From: Eledone cirrhosa
Taxonomy: Eukaryota
DNA length: 64,000 nt
Direction of reading: 5' to 3'
Assembly (NCBI GenBank): GCA_964016885.1
Contig: OZ024742.1
Coordinates: forward strand, 102,672,001-102,736,000
The translations under genes were made by a program, and so were the position numbers. The notes under the pieces were generated by a model. It did no database searches, was not told where the DNA came from, and worked only from the letters and a program-made list of their open reading frames with translations. Shown piece after piece: positions 1-12,756 of this stretch (the first letter of the stretch is position 1; each line of letters begins with the position of its first letter).

Positions 1-2243
1 CGTGTGTATGTGTGTAAATAAACGGCGTGTGTGGTGCAGTTTGATAACAGTCTGTGCGTATATGCTGAAATCAAATGTTTGGATGGAGGCAAGTGCGCGC
101 TTGTATTCAGATGGAATGGGAGGTTGTTGTTGATTCACCCCCTCCCCCATCGAGTAAACGTATGTTCAGAGACGTTCCAACTATGACCATTCCTTCTTTT
201 TTCTTTTCTTTTGTAAATGAGAAACTACATTATCCGATTATCTATCCCTTATTTAGCAGGGAGATTGTAGTGTGTATTATCTATATTTGAGCAAGTGAAA
301 TGAGACAGGAGTTACTTGTTTAGATGTAGGAGAGTCAGTCGCCTGCGTGGGAAAGTATCATTCACCATCATGTTAAAATATACTAGCTTCTTTATCATTT
401 ATATATTAAAATGTGATCTACCCGGTGAGCTCAACCACGATAAGTTTCGACTCCTGGTTGTAGCTATTTCACTTCTTTTTCATTTATATTAAATCTCTTA
501 CCAAGTTGATGTTTCTACAATTGAAGGGGGGGGGGGGGGTCGATAAAATAAAAAGTACTGGGATTCGATTTAATCGACTAACCCCTGTCCCCAAATTTAT
601 GATAGAAACAATTATTTTTACTGTTGCTAGATATAATCCCGAGGTTCATTTAGGTTATAAAATAATCTTTCATTATTGTTGTTACAATTTCAAGGCAAAT
701 CAGAATGAATAATAATATTAATAATAAATGAGATTTAAAAAAAAAAACAAACTTTTTAGATACATTATTCGGGAAAATTAAGTAAAGCCGAGCCGAAATC
801 TCTCCTTTTAAAAATATTTTCCATTGTTGTTTACATAGTTTAATGATCACCGCTTCAACTTGGATTGAATAAATACACTATTGTGTAATAAAATATTAAT
901 ATTAAATAGTAACGATTATTTAAACAAAATCCAATTATTATTATTATTATGATTCCTTATATAGGCATAGAGCCTTAAACCAGAATTGGAAGTCTTAACT
1001 AGGGGGGACACAACGCCTACGAGATTTGTATTTAGTATTTCAGGAGGATTATATTTATCCAATTCAACAATAGTTATAAATCGTAATAATAATAATGCCG
1101 ATTAAAGTTTTAATATGAAAACAAATGAGATTCTTCCTATAACTGATATGACTAAAAGAAAATAAGGAAGACGATAGATAAAAATGATGCAGGGAATTAA
1201 AACGATCAAAAATACACACGGAAATGATAAAAAATCTTTTAGTCTGTACCTAAATATATAATTGATGTTAAATTTCTTATGGCGATGAAAGAAGGAAGGA
1301 TTTATAAATAAAAACAAAAGTTTATAAACATCGAAATCATTTTAAGGAAGTGAAGTGGAAATTCTCTAGAAAGGAAGGAAATAAATGTCGATGATCCTCA
1401 GAGAAATGTTCTTTTCTTCAGCATTTCTGGAAATCTAATTATAGACCTTATGTGTTCTGTGTATAGATAGACTGTGTGACCAGCACCAGTCTAGTGGACG
1501 AGTTACACTGATGGCTAAAAACGAATAGCTACAAATTTCCACCGATATCAAATAAATTCCGCGAGATTATACATAATTTTTTTTCATGGAAACTAACATA
1601 CATGGCAGGTATTTTTCATGTGTGTGTGTGTGTGTGTGTGAATATATATATATATATTATATACATATATATTAGCATAATATCAAAGAAATTATTTAGG
1701 CATGATGTTTTCATATTAACCAGTATTTAAAAAAAAAGAGAAAATAGGGGTTTTTTGGTATAGCTATCGTTTAAAAATGATCCCTTATTAGAAACAATAA
1801 GCTACAGATTAGCTAGGTATATGTATATACGTTTATGTATGTGTGTGTATGCATATGGGAATATATACAGGCACACTAGACCATATACAAATAGAAGTAA
1901 AAGAGAAGGAAATGATTGAACCTAGTGAGGTTCATACATTGATAATATAAATAGATATCTTTAAAAAATAATTTCTGAAATAAATTAATGTTCGATCGAC
2001 GAAAAATTGTATACAGATTAAGGGTGAAAGGTTTAGTCTTGTTTCATGCATTTTCTATTTGGCCAATAGTAATTATTATTATAAAAAGAAGGAATGTGTG
2101 AAAAAAAGGGATTTTAGTTATCTTATAGGAAACACGCTTAACAATCTTAGATTGCAGTTACCTCCCTTGTAATAAGACTGGCATATCATAACAGCGACAA
2201 AAGAACACAACAGAAGCAGCGAAACCGTAACTGCTGCTATATA

Positions 2244-2283
<40 letters not shown>

Positions 2284-2289
2284 CATACA

Positions 2290-3250
2290 CACACATGTAT
2301 AAGAAAGAAAACGAAAAAACATACACGTACACACAAGAATACGATTTAAATGAAAAATTTAATGTCTGTACAAGTAATAAATATATAATTTTTCCAGTAG
2401 AAAAATTAGATGGATTAAAACCTCCAATTATGTACAGTAGTCTTGCATCATAATAGTTGCAGCACCTGTCAATTGAGTTAATATGTACAGAGTTTATCAA
2501 AATTTACAAAATTTGTCGTTAGACAGAGCAAGTTCATGAATGCGGTTCGTATACAAAACGTTTTGGGCTTTTTAAGAACTGTTCCAACATTATAGCTGAT
2601 CAACAGCTATAAGTGTTTTCCGAACAGTGTACACAGTCAAAGATCAGGAGTGTATAAGTTTTCAACCTGCAAAATATCACATCAGAAGATCTGTTTTGTT
2701 TCAATAACGTTTTGCACCCATCAATTCATAAGAGCACTTACTGGATGTAAGGAACACTCTACTCCATGTTCTTCTGCAAACCTCACCGTTCTCCAATCAG
2801 GATACAAAATAAAAGCTGGGTGGTTAATAATTTTGCTTTAGTTAAAAAGTCCTAAACTTAAATGCAAAATGTAGATTTTGTTTCTTTTGTTGACTTTCTT
2901 TGTGGATGTTTGTGTTTGTTTTTCTTTTTGTAAGAATTTTAGAAATAAGGGAAGATCTCAAGACATTTAAAGTTAAGGCAAAAATACCTACTTCCCCCTT
3001 TAGTTTTCCCCATCAACACACAGTATCAACAAATACATTAGGAAACGTTTTATCCGAGTTTCATTCAGTCTTAATACTTTTTTCTCTCCATATATTTTGC
3101 ATAAAAGGTAAGGTTAAAACGAATCCTGATGTTTGTGTTTAGGATACTTCTTAGAAAAAAAGCGCATTTTATAACTAGAGTTTCCCAATTAGGAGGTAAG
3201 CATGTTTTTTTTTCCCATTTTTTTTCCTCAGTAAAGTTTCTGATTGAGAT
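2290..3250 (-). other. Probable jun 3' UTR and polyadenylation region
   Basis: Non-repetitive, U-rich on the minus strand. ATTAAA on minus at 2358-2363 is followed by GT/T-rich sequence. TATTTATT ARE-like at 2376-2383 and two TGTACATA Pumilio-type elements (2429-2436, 2482-2489). The 3' end is inferred, not observed. Confidence 0.55.
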
Positions 3251-4132
3251 TTAGATAATTAAATGGGGGTGTGTGCTCAGTATCCGACAACCGTTATTCA
3301 CATGTTCAATAATTTGTTGTTTAAGTTTGCAAATATCATCCCTGAGTGTTGTAGTCATTTGGGACAGTTCTAAATTCTGGTCCTTGAGATCTTTAACGCG
3401 ATCTTCCAGTCTCGCAATGCGCTCTAACTTACGCGTCCGGCACTTTCGGGCAGCGATTCGATTCCTGGCACGTTTACGTTCTAATTTAATCCGCTCCTGT
3501 GATTCCATATTAATAGGAGAGAGCGGTGGAGTACTCCCTAAACATGGTACTGTTTGGGGTTCTTCTTTAAGTTTCACTATTCCAGTTTCTTCGTTTGTGT
3601 TCACTGTAGAATGGTTGGATGGTGGTAGGTTAGAAATGGACTGATGGGCGGACACGAGAGGTGACTGGGTATTTGTTGACCCACGGACATTCAGGAGGGT
3701 AGAGTCGGTAATGGATAGGTTATTGTTCAATAAATGTCCTTGAATGTTAATACCTTCACTGGACGTTTGTGTGTAAGGGAAATTAGGTAGATTATTCAAG
3801 GTATCTTCTCCATAGCTTTTGTGTAATTTCGCTAAGGCATCTACAAATCCCCGAGCGTACGCTTCCTGTTCTTCTGTTACGAATTTTGGACAGAGAATCT
3901 GTGTTGGTGTTGGAGTTGTTGTAACCATTCCATTAGCCTGAATTATCATCCGTTCCAACTCTGGAGATGCTAGTTTTAAAAGGTTTAGATCGGGTGATTG
4001 AAGAGGGTTGTTTAGTTTGGCGGATTTAGCACTACTACCGCCTGGAGTAAAGTCTAAAGTCATAGACTTTTTAAGTCTTTTAAGCGATTCATTGCTTGGA
4101 TGACACTCGTCGTGGTAAAACGTCGTTTCCAT
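3251..4132 (-). CDS. jun: Transcription factor AP-1 / c-Jun (bZIP), intronless, 293 aa
   Basis: ORF METTFY... contains a JNK-docking delta-like motif ([11 protein letters not shown]), LQSPDL and LASPELE (S63/S73 equivalents), [35 protein letters not shown], basic region [20 protein letters not shown] and a heptad leucine zipper ending in H. Confidence 0.98.
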   Translation of the reverse strand: METTFYHDECHPSNESLKRLKKSMTLDFTPGGSSAKSAKLNNPLQSPDLNLLKLASPELERMIIQANGMVTTTPTPTQILCPKFVTEEQEAYARGFVDALAKLHKSYGEDTLNNLPNFPYTQTSSEGINIQGHLLNNNLSITDSTLLNVRGSTNTQSPLVSAHQSISNLPPSNHSTVNTNEETGIVKLKEEPQTVPCLGSTPPLSPINMESQERIKLERKRARNRIAARKCRTRKLERIARLEDRVKDLKDQNLELSQMTTTLRDDICKLKQQIIEHVNNGCRILSTHPHLII

Positions 4133-4370
4133 CTCTGTGCCTTTTTTATTCCAGCAAACCTTATATATAAGCGCGGAAGTTTGCGACAGAGAAATTGATA
4201 ATAAAGTATATAATCCGTAGAAATGAAAGACGGTAAAATGTAAAGATGATCCTCAATTTATTTTTCTCAGAGAGTTCGTGAAGCTGTAGAGAAATTTTTC
4301 AGTTTTATTTTCACGATCCTTCCGATACTATTTCAAAACGTGATCTGCCTCCAAACACTTCTTCCGACGC

Positions 4371-4592
4371 CCTTTATTCGAATGAGTCATCTGCTAAAAA
4401 TAAAATGACATCACCAGCGAGGCTTCTGATTGGCTGACGATGACATCATTTACTATGTTCTGTAGTCGACGCTGATTGGCGGGCTTTTTTTAAACGAACG
4501 CCACTTAGATGCAGCGACCATGGGAAAAGTTGTGGTCCTACGTCGGCGAAGTAACTGCGTAGTACGTTTTCCTTATATGGAATATCATCCTC
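4371..4592 (-). promoter_or_regulatory. jun proximal promoter cluster
   Basis: TATA-like AATAAA on minus (4373-4378), AP-1 TGAGTCA (4383-4389), MEF2 CTAAAAATAA (4394-4403), TGACATCA (4406-4413 and 4441-4448), CCAAT on minus (4429-4433, 4475-4479), GGCGGG (4478-4483), CArG CCTTATATGG (4571-4580). Locally CpG-rich. Confidence 0.85.
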
Positions 4593-5518
4593 TCCACATG
4601 GTGTCTACTGGCCAAGGTGTGAGAGACGTACTCGCTGAACCGCAACTTGTAGTAGTTCTCCTTACACCCTAGCTTAAAGTAAATAAATAAATGAGTGAGT
4701 GTGGTGTGTGTGTGTGTGTGTATGAGAGAGAGAGAGAACGAAGGAGAAGAAAAAAGCAGCAGTGCCTGCTACCTTAGCTCTGGCTTCGATCTAAGCAACA
4801 TTTCAACCACTTAACAAGTATTCTCATTAAAGTAGAAAAACTCAAACAGTTTCTTTAAGTCGACAACAGCTGCATCTAGTTTAATATCTTTGCTCTGGCT
4901 ACAAGCTATAGCAGTCATGTATCGGTATTCCTTCCTGTTCATTCTCTGGCACCATTGTCTTCTATAGCTAGACGGACAGTCCTACATCGGACACCGGTAT
5001 TATTTCTCTTGTCTTCAGTGTTGTTACTACTTCCACTACCACAACAACAACCACCATTACTACTGATACTACTACTGCTCTGTCTTTCTTAACTTGCCGC
5101 TTTAGTTTTGTTTGTTGTTATTGACTTGTTTGGAGGTCGGCAGTTGTTTGTTTATTCTATGGAACATCAAAGAAGTTTTCGCTGTATCGGTCGTTGGTTG
5201 TTATTGTTGTTATACGTGACTGTTGCATTGCTGTGTGGGTTTAGTTATTATTTTTAAACAATAAGTTAATTCCGATCGCTGGGCCCGAAACTTATTTTAT
5301 CGCCGAGATCAACTTTGCCTTTCATCCTTTCCATGTTGATAAAAAAAAGTATCAGTTAAATACTGGGGTTAATTATTTCTCTATATCTCTTTCCTACTCT
5401 CTCCTCGAGAAGAAATCGGCTGTGTTCAGACCTGGTTGAAAGTTCCCAAGAAGCGTAATATCATGACAACACCCCTACGATTCCATCGGGAGCTACGGAT
5501 CTATACACACACACACAG

Positions 5519-5549
<31 letters not shown>

Positions 5550-6040
5550 TATATATATACACACACATGTATATGAAACAAAACTTGTTTTAGAAAGAAA
5601 ATGTATTCATATTACAAAAAAAAAACTAAAAAGGAAATTAAATTTTATTGATATACCTCTATCTCGAGGGACCCACTATGTGAAACACTAGCCATCCCAC
5701 CACCCCTGTCTTAGAGTCAACTAGGACTACAGGGTCTAATATGTCCTGTTATTTTAGGGAATTTGGCTGCTATTTCTAGCTGGTTTAGTGGCCACGTAGA
5801 GACTCTCTCTTTGAATAATGAATGTTGAGGTTAGATACCAGTCAAATACAAATATTCGCGATGAGGTTTTAATTCCAGATGTCTCATCTTTATTGCTAAT
5901 GACCTTGGGAAAGGCATGAGTGCCACACCACCTTTTGATTTTACTTTCCCTAAACATTTTTATTTTGAAAAAATACTTCCTGAAAAATAGTTAACTTGGA
6001 TAGATGTTGATTAAGGTTGTGTGATTGTTAATATCGAGTT

Positions 6041-6150
6041 GGCGCGTAGCTTAGTGGTTAAGATTTGAACTCACAACCATAGGGTCGTAGGCTCAATTTC
6101 TGGACCAGGAGACGTGTTGTGTTTTTTAGCAGAATTCTTTTATCACGTGT
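6041..6150 (+). mobile_element. tRNA-derived CORE-type SINE, 5' part
   Basis: GGCGCGTAGCTTAGTGGTTAAG A-box-like head, degenerate B box, then a degenerate CORE-like GTTGTGTT..TAGCAG segment. Confidence 0.55.
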
Positions 6151-6492
6151 TGCTTCTTCTGTTGGGAGTTGCGACCGGCAGATAGTATCGTTAACGGAAA
6201 GACTGAGATGGTTTTAATATTGCTTTTGTGGTTAGGGTTGGTTGTGAGGTTTCTGTGGTGGAATAAGTTCTGGCAATACAGGAATTGTAAAATTGTTTTG
6301 TGGATAGTTGTTATAGTGTGGATGTATTGTTAAGCTGCTTCGTGGTCGGGTGGTTGTGATATTGAAGGTGTTGTGAGGTCTCTGTGGTAGAGTAGAGGTG
6401 GTATAAAATTGTTTTTGTTGTGAGATAGATGTAATAATATGGGTTTATTGAGATGTTTCGCGAATGGATGGTTGTGCTAGTATAGATGTAAG

Positions 6493-7262
6493 GTTGTTTA
6501 CTTTGTAGGACAGTTGTGATAGTGTAGGTGTTGTATAGTGTAAGGTTGTTTATTTGGAAGGGCAGTTGTGATAGTGTAGATGTTGTATAGTGTAAGGTTG
6601 TTTATTTGGAAGGGCAGTTGTGATAGTGTAGGTGTTGTATAGTGTAAGGTTGTTTACTTTGTAGGACAGTTGTGATAGTGTAGGTGTTGTATAGTGTAAG
6701 GTTGTTTATTTGGAAGGGCAGTTGTGATAGTGTAGATGTTGTATAGTGTAAGGTTGTTTATTTGGAAGGGCAGTTGTGATAGTGTAGGTGTTGTATAGTT
6801 GAAAATTGTTTATTTGGAAGGGCAGTTGTGATAGTGTAGGTGTTGTATAGTGAAAGGTTGTTTATTTGGAAGGGCAGTTGTGATAGTGTAGGTGTTGTAT
6901 AGTGAAAGGTTGTTTATTTGGAAGGGCAGTTGTGATAGTGTATGTGTTGTATAGTGAAAGGTTGTTTATTTGGAAGGGCAATTGTGATAGTGTAGGTGTT
7001 GTATAGTGAAAGGTTGTTTATTTGGAAGGGCAGTTGTGATAGTGTAGGTGTTGTATAGTTGAACATTGTTTATTTGGAAGGGCAGTTGTGATAGTGTAGG
7101 TGTTGTATAGTGAAAGGTTGTTTATTTGGAAGGGCAGTTGTGATAGTGTAGGTCTTGTATAGTTGAACATTGTTTATTTGGAAAGGCAGTTGTATAGTGT
7201 AGGTGTTGTATAGTTGAAAATTGTTTATTTGGAAGGGCAGTTGTATAGTGTAGGTGTTGTAA
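6493..7262. repeat. 52-53 bp minisatellite, about 14-15 copies
   Basis: Unit GTTGTTTATTTGGAAGGGCAGTTGTGATAGTGTAGGTGTTGTATAGTG(T/A)AAG repeated in tandem, with degenerate G+T-rich flanks from about 6200 to 7480. Confidence 0.95.
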
Positions 7263-7489
7263 GGCCGTTTATATGGTGATTTTTTAGGGGGGGGGGGGGT
7301 AGTATAGATTTTGCGAGGTTGCTTCTGTGGTGGGATGGTTGTGACAGAGTAGATGTTTATCTGGTAGATTAGTTGTGAGATTGTTAAATTTGTTTTTGTT
7401 GTAGGATAGTTGTGATTGTTTTTGTGGTGGTGTATATATTTTGTGTGAGGATTTCCGTGGTGGGTTACTTGTGGCATAATGTTCAGTTG

Positions 7490-7685
7490 TTGGTTCTCAG
7501 GACGATTCAGCGCGATACAGAATGTGACAAGGCCGGCCCTTCGAATTCCGGGTACAACGTGATTTGGCCAGCAGAGTACACTAGAACACCGTGAAATAAA
7601 GTGTCTTGCTCAAGGACACAACGCGCCGCCGGAAATCGAACTTATGATTGCGAGCTAAATACCCTAACCACAAAGTCTCGCACCT
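7490..7685 (-). mobile_element. tRNA-derived CORE-type SINE
   Basis: The minus strand reads TGGTTAGGG...GTTCGATTTCCGG...GTTGTGTCCTTGAGCAAGACACTTTATTTCAC, i.e. A/B boxes followed by the CORE domain. Confidence 0.75.
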
Positions 7686-7697
7686 TCCCCCCCCCCC

Positions 7698-7711
7698 CAT
7701 ATATATATATA

Positions 7712-7765
<54 letters not shown>

Positions 7766-8193
7766 TATATGTGTGTATATGTATGTACAATTATAGATGT
7801 GTATATATATATATACACAAATACATACACATTTATATACATATATATACACATATACATATATATACATACACATATATATATACACACATATATATAT
7901 ATATACATATATAACATATATATATATATATACACACATATATATATATATACACATATATATATATATATACATATATATATACATATACATATATATA
8001 TACATATACATATATATATACATACATATACATATACATACATATACATATATATATATACATATACATATATATATATACATATACATATATATATATA
8101 CATATACATATATATATATATATACATACACATATATATATATACATACACATATATATATATATATACATACATATATATATATACATATAC

Positions 8194-8224
<31 letters not shown>

Positions 8225-8245
8225 CACACACATATATATATATAC

Positions 8246-8299
<54 letters not shown>

Positions 8300-8306
8300 C
8301 ACACAC

Positions 8307-8376
<70 letters not shown>

Positions 8377-8379
8377 CAT

Positions 8380-8418
<39 letters not shown>

Positions 8419-8445
8419 GATATATATATATACATACATTTATAT
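7698..8445. repeat. (TA)n/(TACA)n compound microsatellite
   Basis: Direct inspection. Confidence 0.98.
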
Positions 8446-8905
8446 ATGATGTCTGCTCCCTCGTTATCGAGTATGGCAATTGCACGATATACCATTATTA
8501 ATAATTATTAATAATTCTATCGTGCAATGCCTGTGCATGAAGATATTTTTTAAATGAGGAAAGACTGTGCACTGAGCCAATCCCACTCTCTGAGCGACAG
8601 TAACTATAACCCGAAAAGAAGAAAAGATCAACATCATCGGTAACTACTGAGCTGCAGGTTTTATATCGGAGTTATCTCAGTTTTCTGAGTTGCCTTCTCC
8701 TAGAAGAATGCCTTGACAAAGGCTAGGGGTCCTTCACTCCCAGTGGTTTAACCGCGCGATCGGGTGTCCAGCCCGATATTTCTATGTCCCCCGCGCATGT
8801 ACATACACCCATGTATATACACATATACATACATATGTACATGTGTATATACATATTTACACACTTTGGATGACCGTTGAATCTTATGAGATCTTCCGCC
8901 CTTTG
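8446..8905 (-). mobile_element. RTE-derived bipartite non-autonomous element, subfamily B, 5'-truncated
   Basis: Reverse complement of about 44459-44928. Ends in the tail GCCATACTCGATAACGAGGGAGCAGACATCAT, shared with the LINE 3' end at 26712-26752. Confidence 0.8.
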
Positions 8906-8967
8906 TGTATATATATACATACATATATACGAGAGTATTGAAGTTTGCTTGAAGCATTGTGGAATAA

Positions 8968-9648
8968 GTAAATATCTTTAAGTCGTTGGAAGCCTCGACA
9001 ATGCAAATGGGTAAATCTCCGGGTAACAAGGTCCGGTGGTGGAGAGAGAGATGTAAGTGGGTGTACGTAGAGATGCATGGTGTGTATAAGATGTGTGAGA
9101 TGTGTAGAATGAAGGGAAGAGTATAAAGGATAAAAATAAAAATAACAACACAAGAGAGAGTTACCTTGGGAGAGATTTAATAGTCCCTATATATTTCGGA
9201 TTCACATCCATCAACTGGGGTTTTTTTCCGGGGTGGGGGAAAAGGTTGTCTGTCGGACAGGTCCGGAACGCGTCTTTCGCTGTTTGTTGTTTTGAATATA
9301 TATGTTGTTTTGAATATATATTCAAACAACAAACAGCGAAAGACGCGTTCCGGACCTGTCCGACAGACAACCTTTTCCCCCACCCCGGAAAAAAACCCCA
9401 GTTGATGGATGTGAATCCGAAATATATAGGGACTATTAAATCTCTCCCAAGGTAACTCTCTCTTGTGTTGTTATTTTTATTTTTATCCTTTATACTCTTC
9501 CCTTCATTCTACAATCTCACACATCTTATACACACCACGCATCTCTACGTACACCCACTTACATCTCGCTCTCCACCACCGGACCTTGTTACCCGGAGAT
9601 TTACCCATTTGCATTGTCGAGGCTTCCAAACGACTTAAAGATATTTAC
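8968..9648. repeat. ~335-bp near-perfect inverted repeat (fold-back), probably a Penelope-like pLTR
   Basis: Arms at about 8968-9300 and 9317-9648 are reverse complements (identical 69-aa ORFs on both strands). Each arm carries a minimal hammerhead-like motif. Confidence 0.9.
9396..9431 (+). ncRNA. Minimal hammerhead-ribozyme-like motif with variant core (mirror copy 9185-9220 on minus)
   Basis: CCC-CAGTTGA-T-GGAT(GTGA)ATCC-GAAA-TATA-TA-GGG: stem I, core, stem II, GAAA, palindromic tetraloop, UH. The core differs from CUGAUGA at two positions. Confidence 0.55.
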
Positions 9649-9777
9649 ATACATACATACATATATATATACATACATATATATATATATACATATATGT
9701 ATATATATATATATATACATACATATATATATACATATATGTATATATATACATATGTAAGTATGTATATACATATG

Positions 9778-9869
<92 letters not shown>

Positions 9870-9912
9870 AATATTATATATATATATATATGTATGTATG
9901 TATATACATATG

Positions 9913-9957
<45 letters not shown>

Positions 9958-10179
9958 ATACATATGTATATATATATATACATATGTATGTATGTATATA
10001 CATATGTATATATATATATACATATATATATATGTATGTATGTATATATATATAACATATATATATATATGTATGTATATACATATGTATATATATATAC
10101 ATATATATATATATATGTATGTATATACATATGTATATATATATACATATATATATATATATGTATGTATATACATATG

Positions 10180-10212
<33 letters not shown>

Positions 10213-10321
10213 GTATGTATATACATATGTATATATATATACATATATATATATATATGTATGTATATACATATGTATATATATATACATATATATATAT
10301 ATATGTATGTATATACATATG

Positions 10322-10354
<33 letters not shown>

Positions 10355-10371
10355 GTATGTATATACATATG

Positions 10372-10412
<41 letters not shown>

Positions 10413-10522
10413 GTATATACATATGTATATATATATATTACATATATATATATATATATGTATGTATATACATATGTATATATATATATACATATATATA
10501 TATATGTATGTATATACATATG

Positions 10523-10569
<47 letters not shown>

Positions 10570-10578
10570 ATACATATG

Positions 10579-10627
<49 letters not shown>

Positions 10628-10728
10628 ATACATATGTATATATATATATACATATATATATATATGTATGTATATACATATGTATATATATATACATATA
10701 TATATATATGTATGTATATACATATGTA

Positions 10729-10763
<35 letters not shown>

Positions 10764-10786
10764 GTATGTATATATACATATGTATA

Positions 10787-10821
<35 letters not shown>

Positions 10822-11070
10822 GTATGTATATACATATGTATATATAATGTATGTATATACATATGTATATGTATGTATATACATATGTATATATATATGT
10901 ATGATATACATATGTATATACATATGTATGTATATACATATGTATGTATATACATATGTATGTATATACATATGTATGTATATACATATGTATGTATATA
11001 CATATGTATGTATATACATATGTATATATATATACATATGTATATATATATACATATATATATACATATG

Positions 11071-11139
<69 letters not shown>

Positions 11140-11241
11140 ATACATATATAATATATATATATGTATATACATACATATATATATATACTTATATATATAC
11201 ATACATATATACATACATACATATATACATACATACATATA

Positions 11242-11272
<31 letters not shown>

Positions 11273-11350
11273 TCATATATATACATACATATATATACAT
11301 ACATTCATATATATACACACATATATATATATATATATACATACATATAT
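9649..11350. repeat. (TA)n/(TATG)n/(TACA)n compound microsatellite with higher-order units
   Basis: Direct inspection. A recurring block TATGTATGTATATACATATG(TA)nCA(TA)n is visible. Confidence 0.98.
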
Positions 11351-12548
11351 ATCACGGTCCTTCGTCATCTCCACCGTGAGCTTCAATGATCTGAGGTCTG
11401 TTCTCACCACCTCCGCCCATGTTTTTCGTGGTCTACCTCTACCCACGTCTTCCTTCAACTGGCATTTCCTGGCACTTCTTCACCCATCGGTCATCCTCCA
11501 TGCGCATCACATGTCCATAACCACCTCAGTCTCCTCTCCCGTACACTACATTCTATCCCTCTCAGACACAATTTCCCTCTCAACACATTTATGCTGGGTC
11601 GTTCACGCACATTTACACTGCACATCCAACGGAGCATGCTTGCCTCATTTCTCTCCAGCCGTCGCATATCCTCTGCAGTTGCTGCCCATGTCTCACTACC
11701 ATGCAGCATCGCGATCCTCACACAGGCATCATATAACCGGCCTTTCGTACGCAGGGAGAAATCCTTCTTCGTCATCAGAGGAAGCAGCTCCCTAAACTTC
11801 TTCCAACCCATCATTCTAGATACTATGGCCTCGGAACACCCTCCTCCCATGCTAATCTGATCTCCTAGGTACCGAAGCTATCCACCACTTCTATAGCGCC
11901 CTCCTGCATTTGAAAAATGTGTCTATCAATGCGACTTCTACTACCAATTTCCCTGTACATCTACTGCATACATATTTCTCCCTACCTGTTAGTTTGCCTG
12001 CTATCCCGCTACATCTCTTGTGAACCCAGGATCTGCATTGTGTGCATTTTATAGAATTTATGCCAGTTCCTTTTCTGCATATCGAACATGGCCATTTCCT
12101 TGACGGAATCAGGGTTTTGTCCTCTTTTCTACTCATCAACACTTTTGTCTTAGCTAGATTCACTCTCAGTCCTCTTGCTTCCAACTGCTGTTTCCATAGC
12201 CAGAATTTATTCTCTAGCTCCTCTACTGATTCTGCTATAAGAACCAGATCGTCAGCATAGAGAAGTTCCATGGACAGCCAGTCTTAAACTCCTCTGTTAT
12301 GGCTTGGAGGACTATAATGAACAAGAGCGGGCTGAGGACCGAACCCTGATGTACTCCTACTTGTATCTGGAATTCCTCACTAAACTCCATTCCTACCCTG
12401 ACTTTACTGAGAGTACCTCTGTACAAAGTTTGCACTGTCCTCACAAGACATTGCTCAACACCTAGCTTCCTTAGGGACCACCCAGATGACAGATCGGGTA
12501 CTCTATCAAAGGCCTTCTCTAGGTCAACAAAAGCTAAGTATAGTGGCT
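11351..12548 (-). mobile_element. RTE-clade LINE fragment (RT and C-terminus), frameshifted
   Basis: Translations [73 protein letters not shown] across shifted frames. Confidence 0.93.
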
Positions 12549-12562
12549 TATATATATTATAC

Positions 12563-12622
<60 letters not shown>

Positions 12623-12653
12623 TATATATATATATATATATACATATAAATAT

Positions 12654-12756
<103 letters not shown>

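Noticed and set aside
3273-3644. 123-aa + strand ORF
   Set aside because: Antisense shadow of the jun bZIP region.
4159-4172. Strong TATA-like TTATATATAA 30 bp upstream of the jun ATG
   Set aside because: It would put the TSS at the start codon. The factor-site cluster lies about 210-420 bp further upstream, so this is more likely within the 5' UTR.
6041-6110. tRNA-like sequences (also near 7620-7685 and 47700-47778)
   Set aside because: They lack complete cloverleaves and run directly into CORE domains, so they are SINE heads rather than tRNA genes.
6493-7262. Regular repeats suggestive of a CRISPR array, and the 135-aa ORF 7070-7477
   Set aside because: The units are contiguous with no unique spacers, the context is eukaryotic and there are no cas genes. 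The ORF is just the translated minisatellite.
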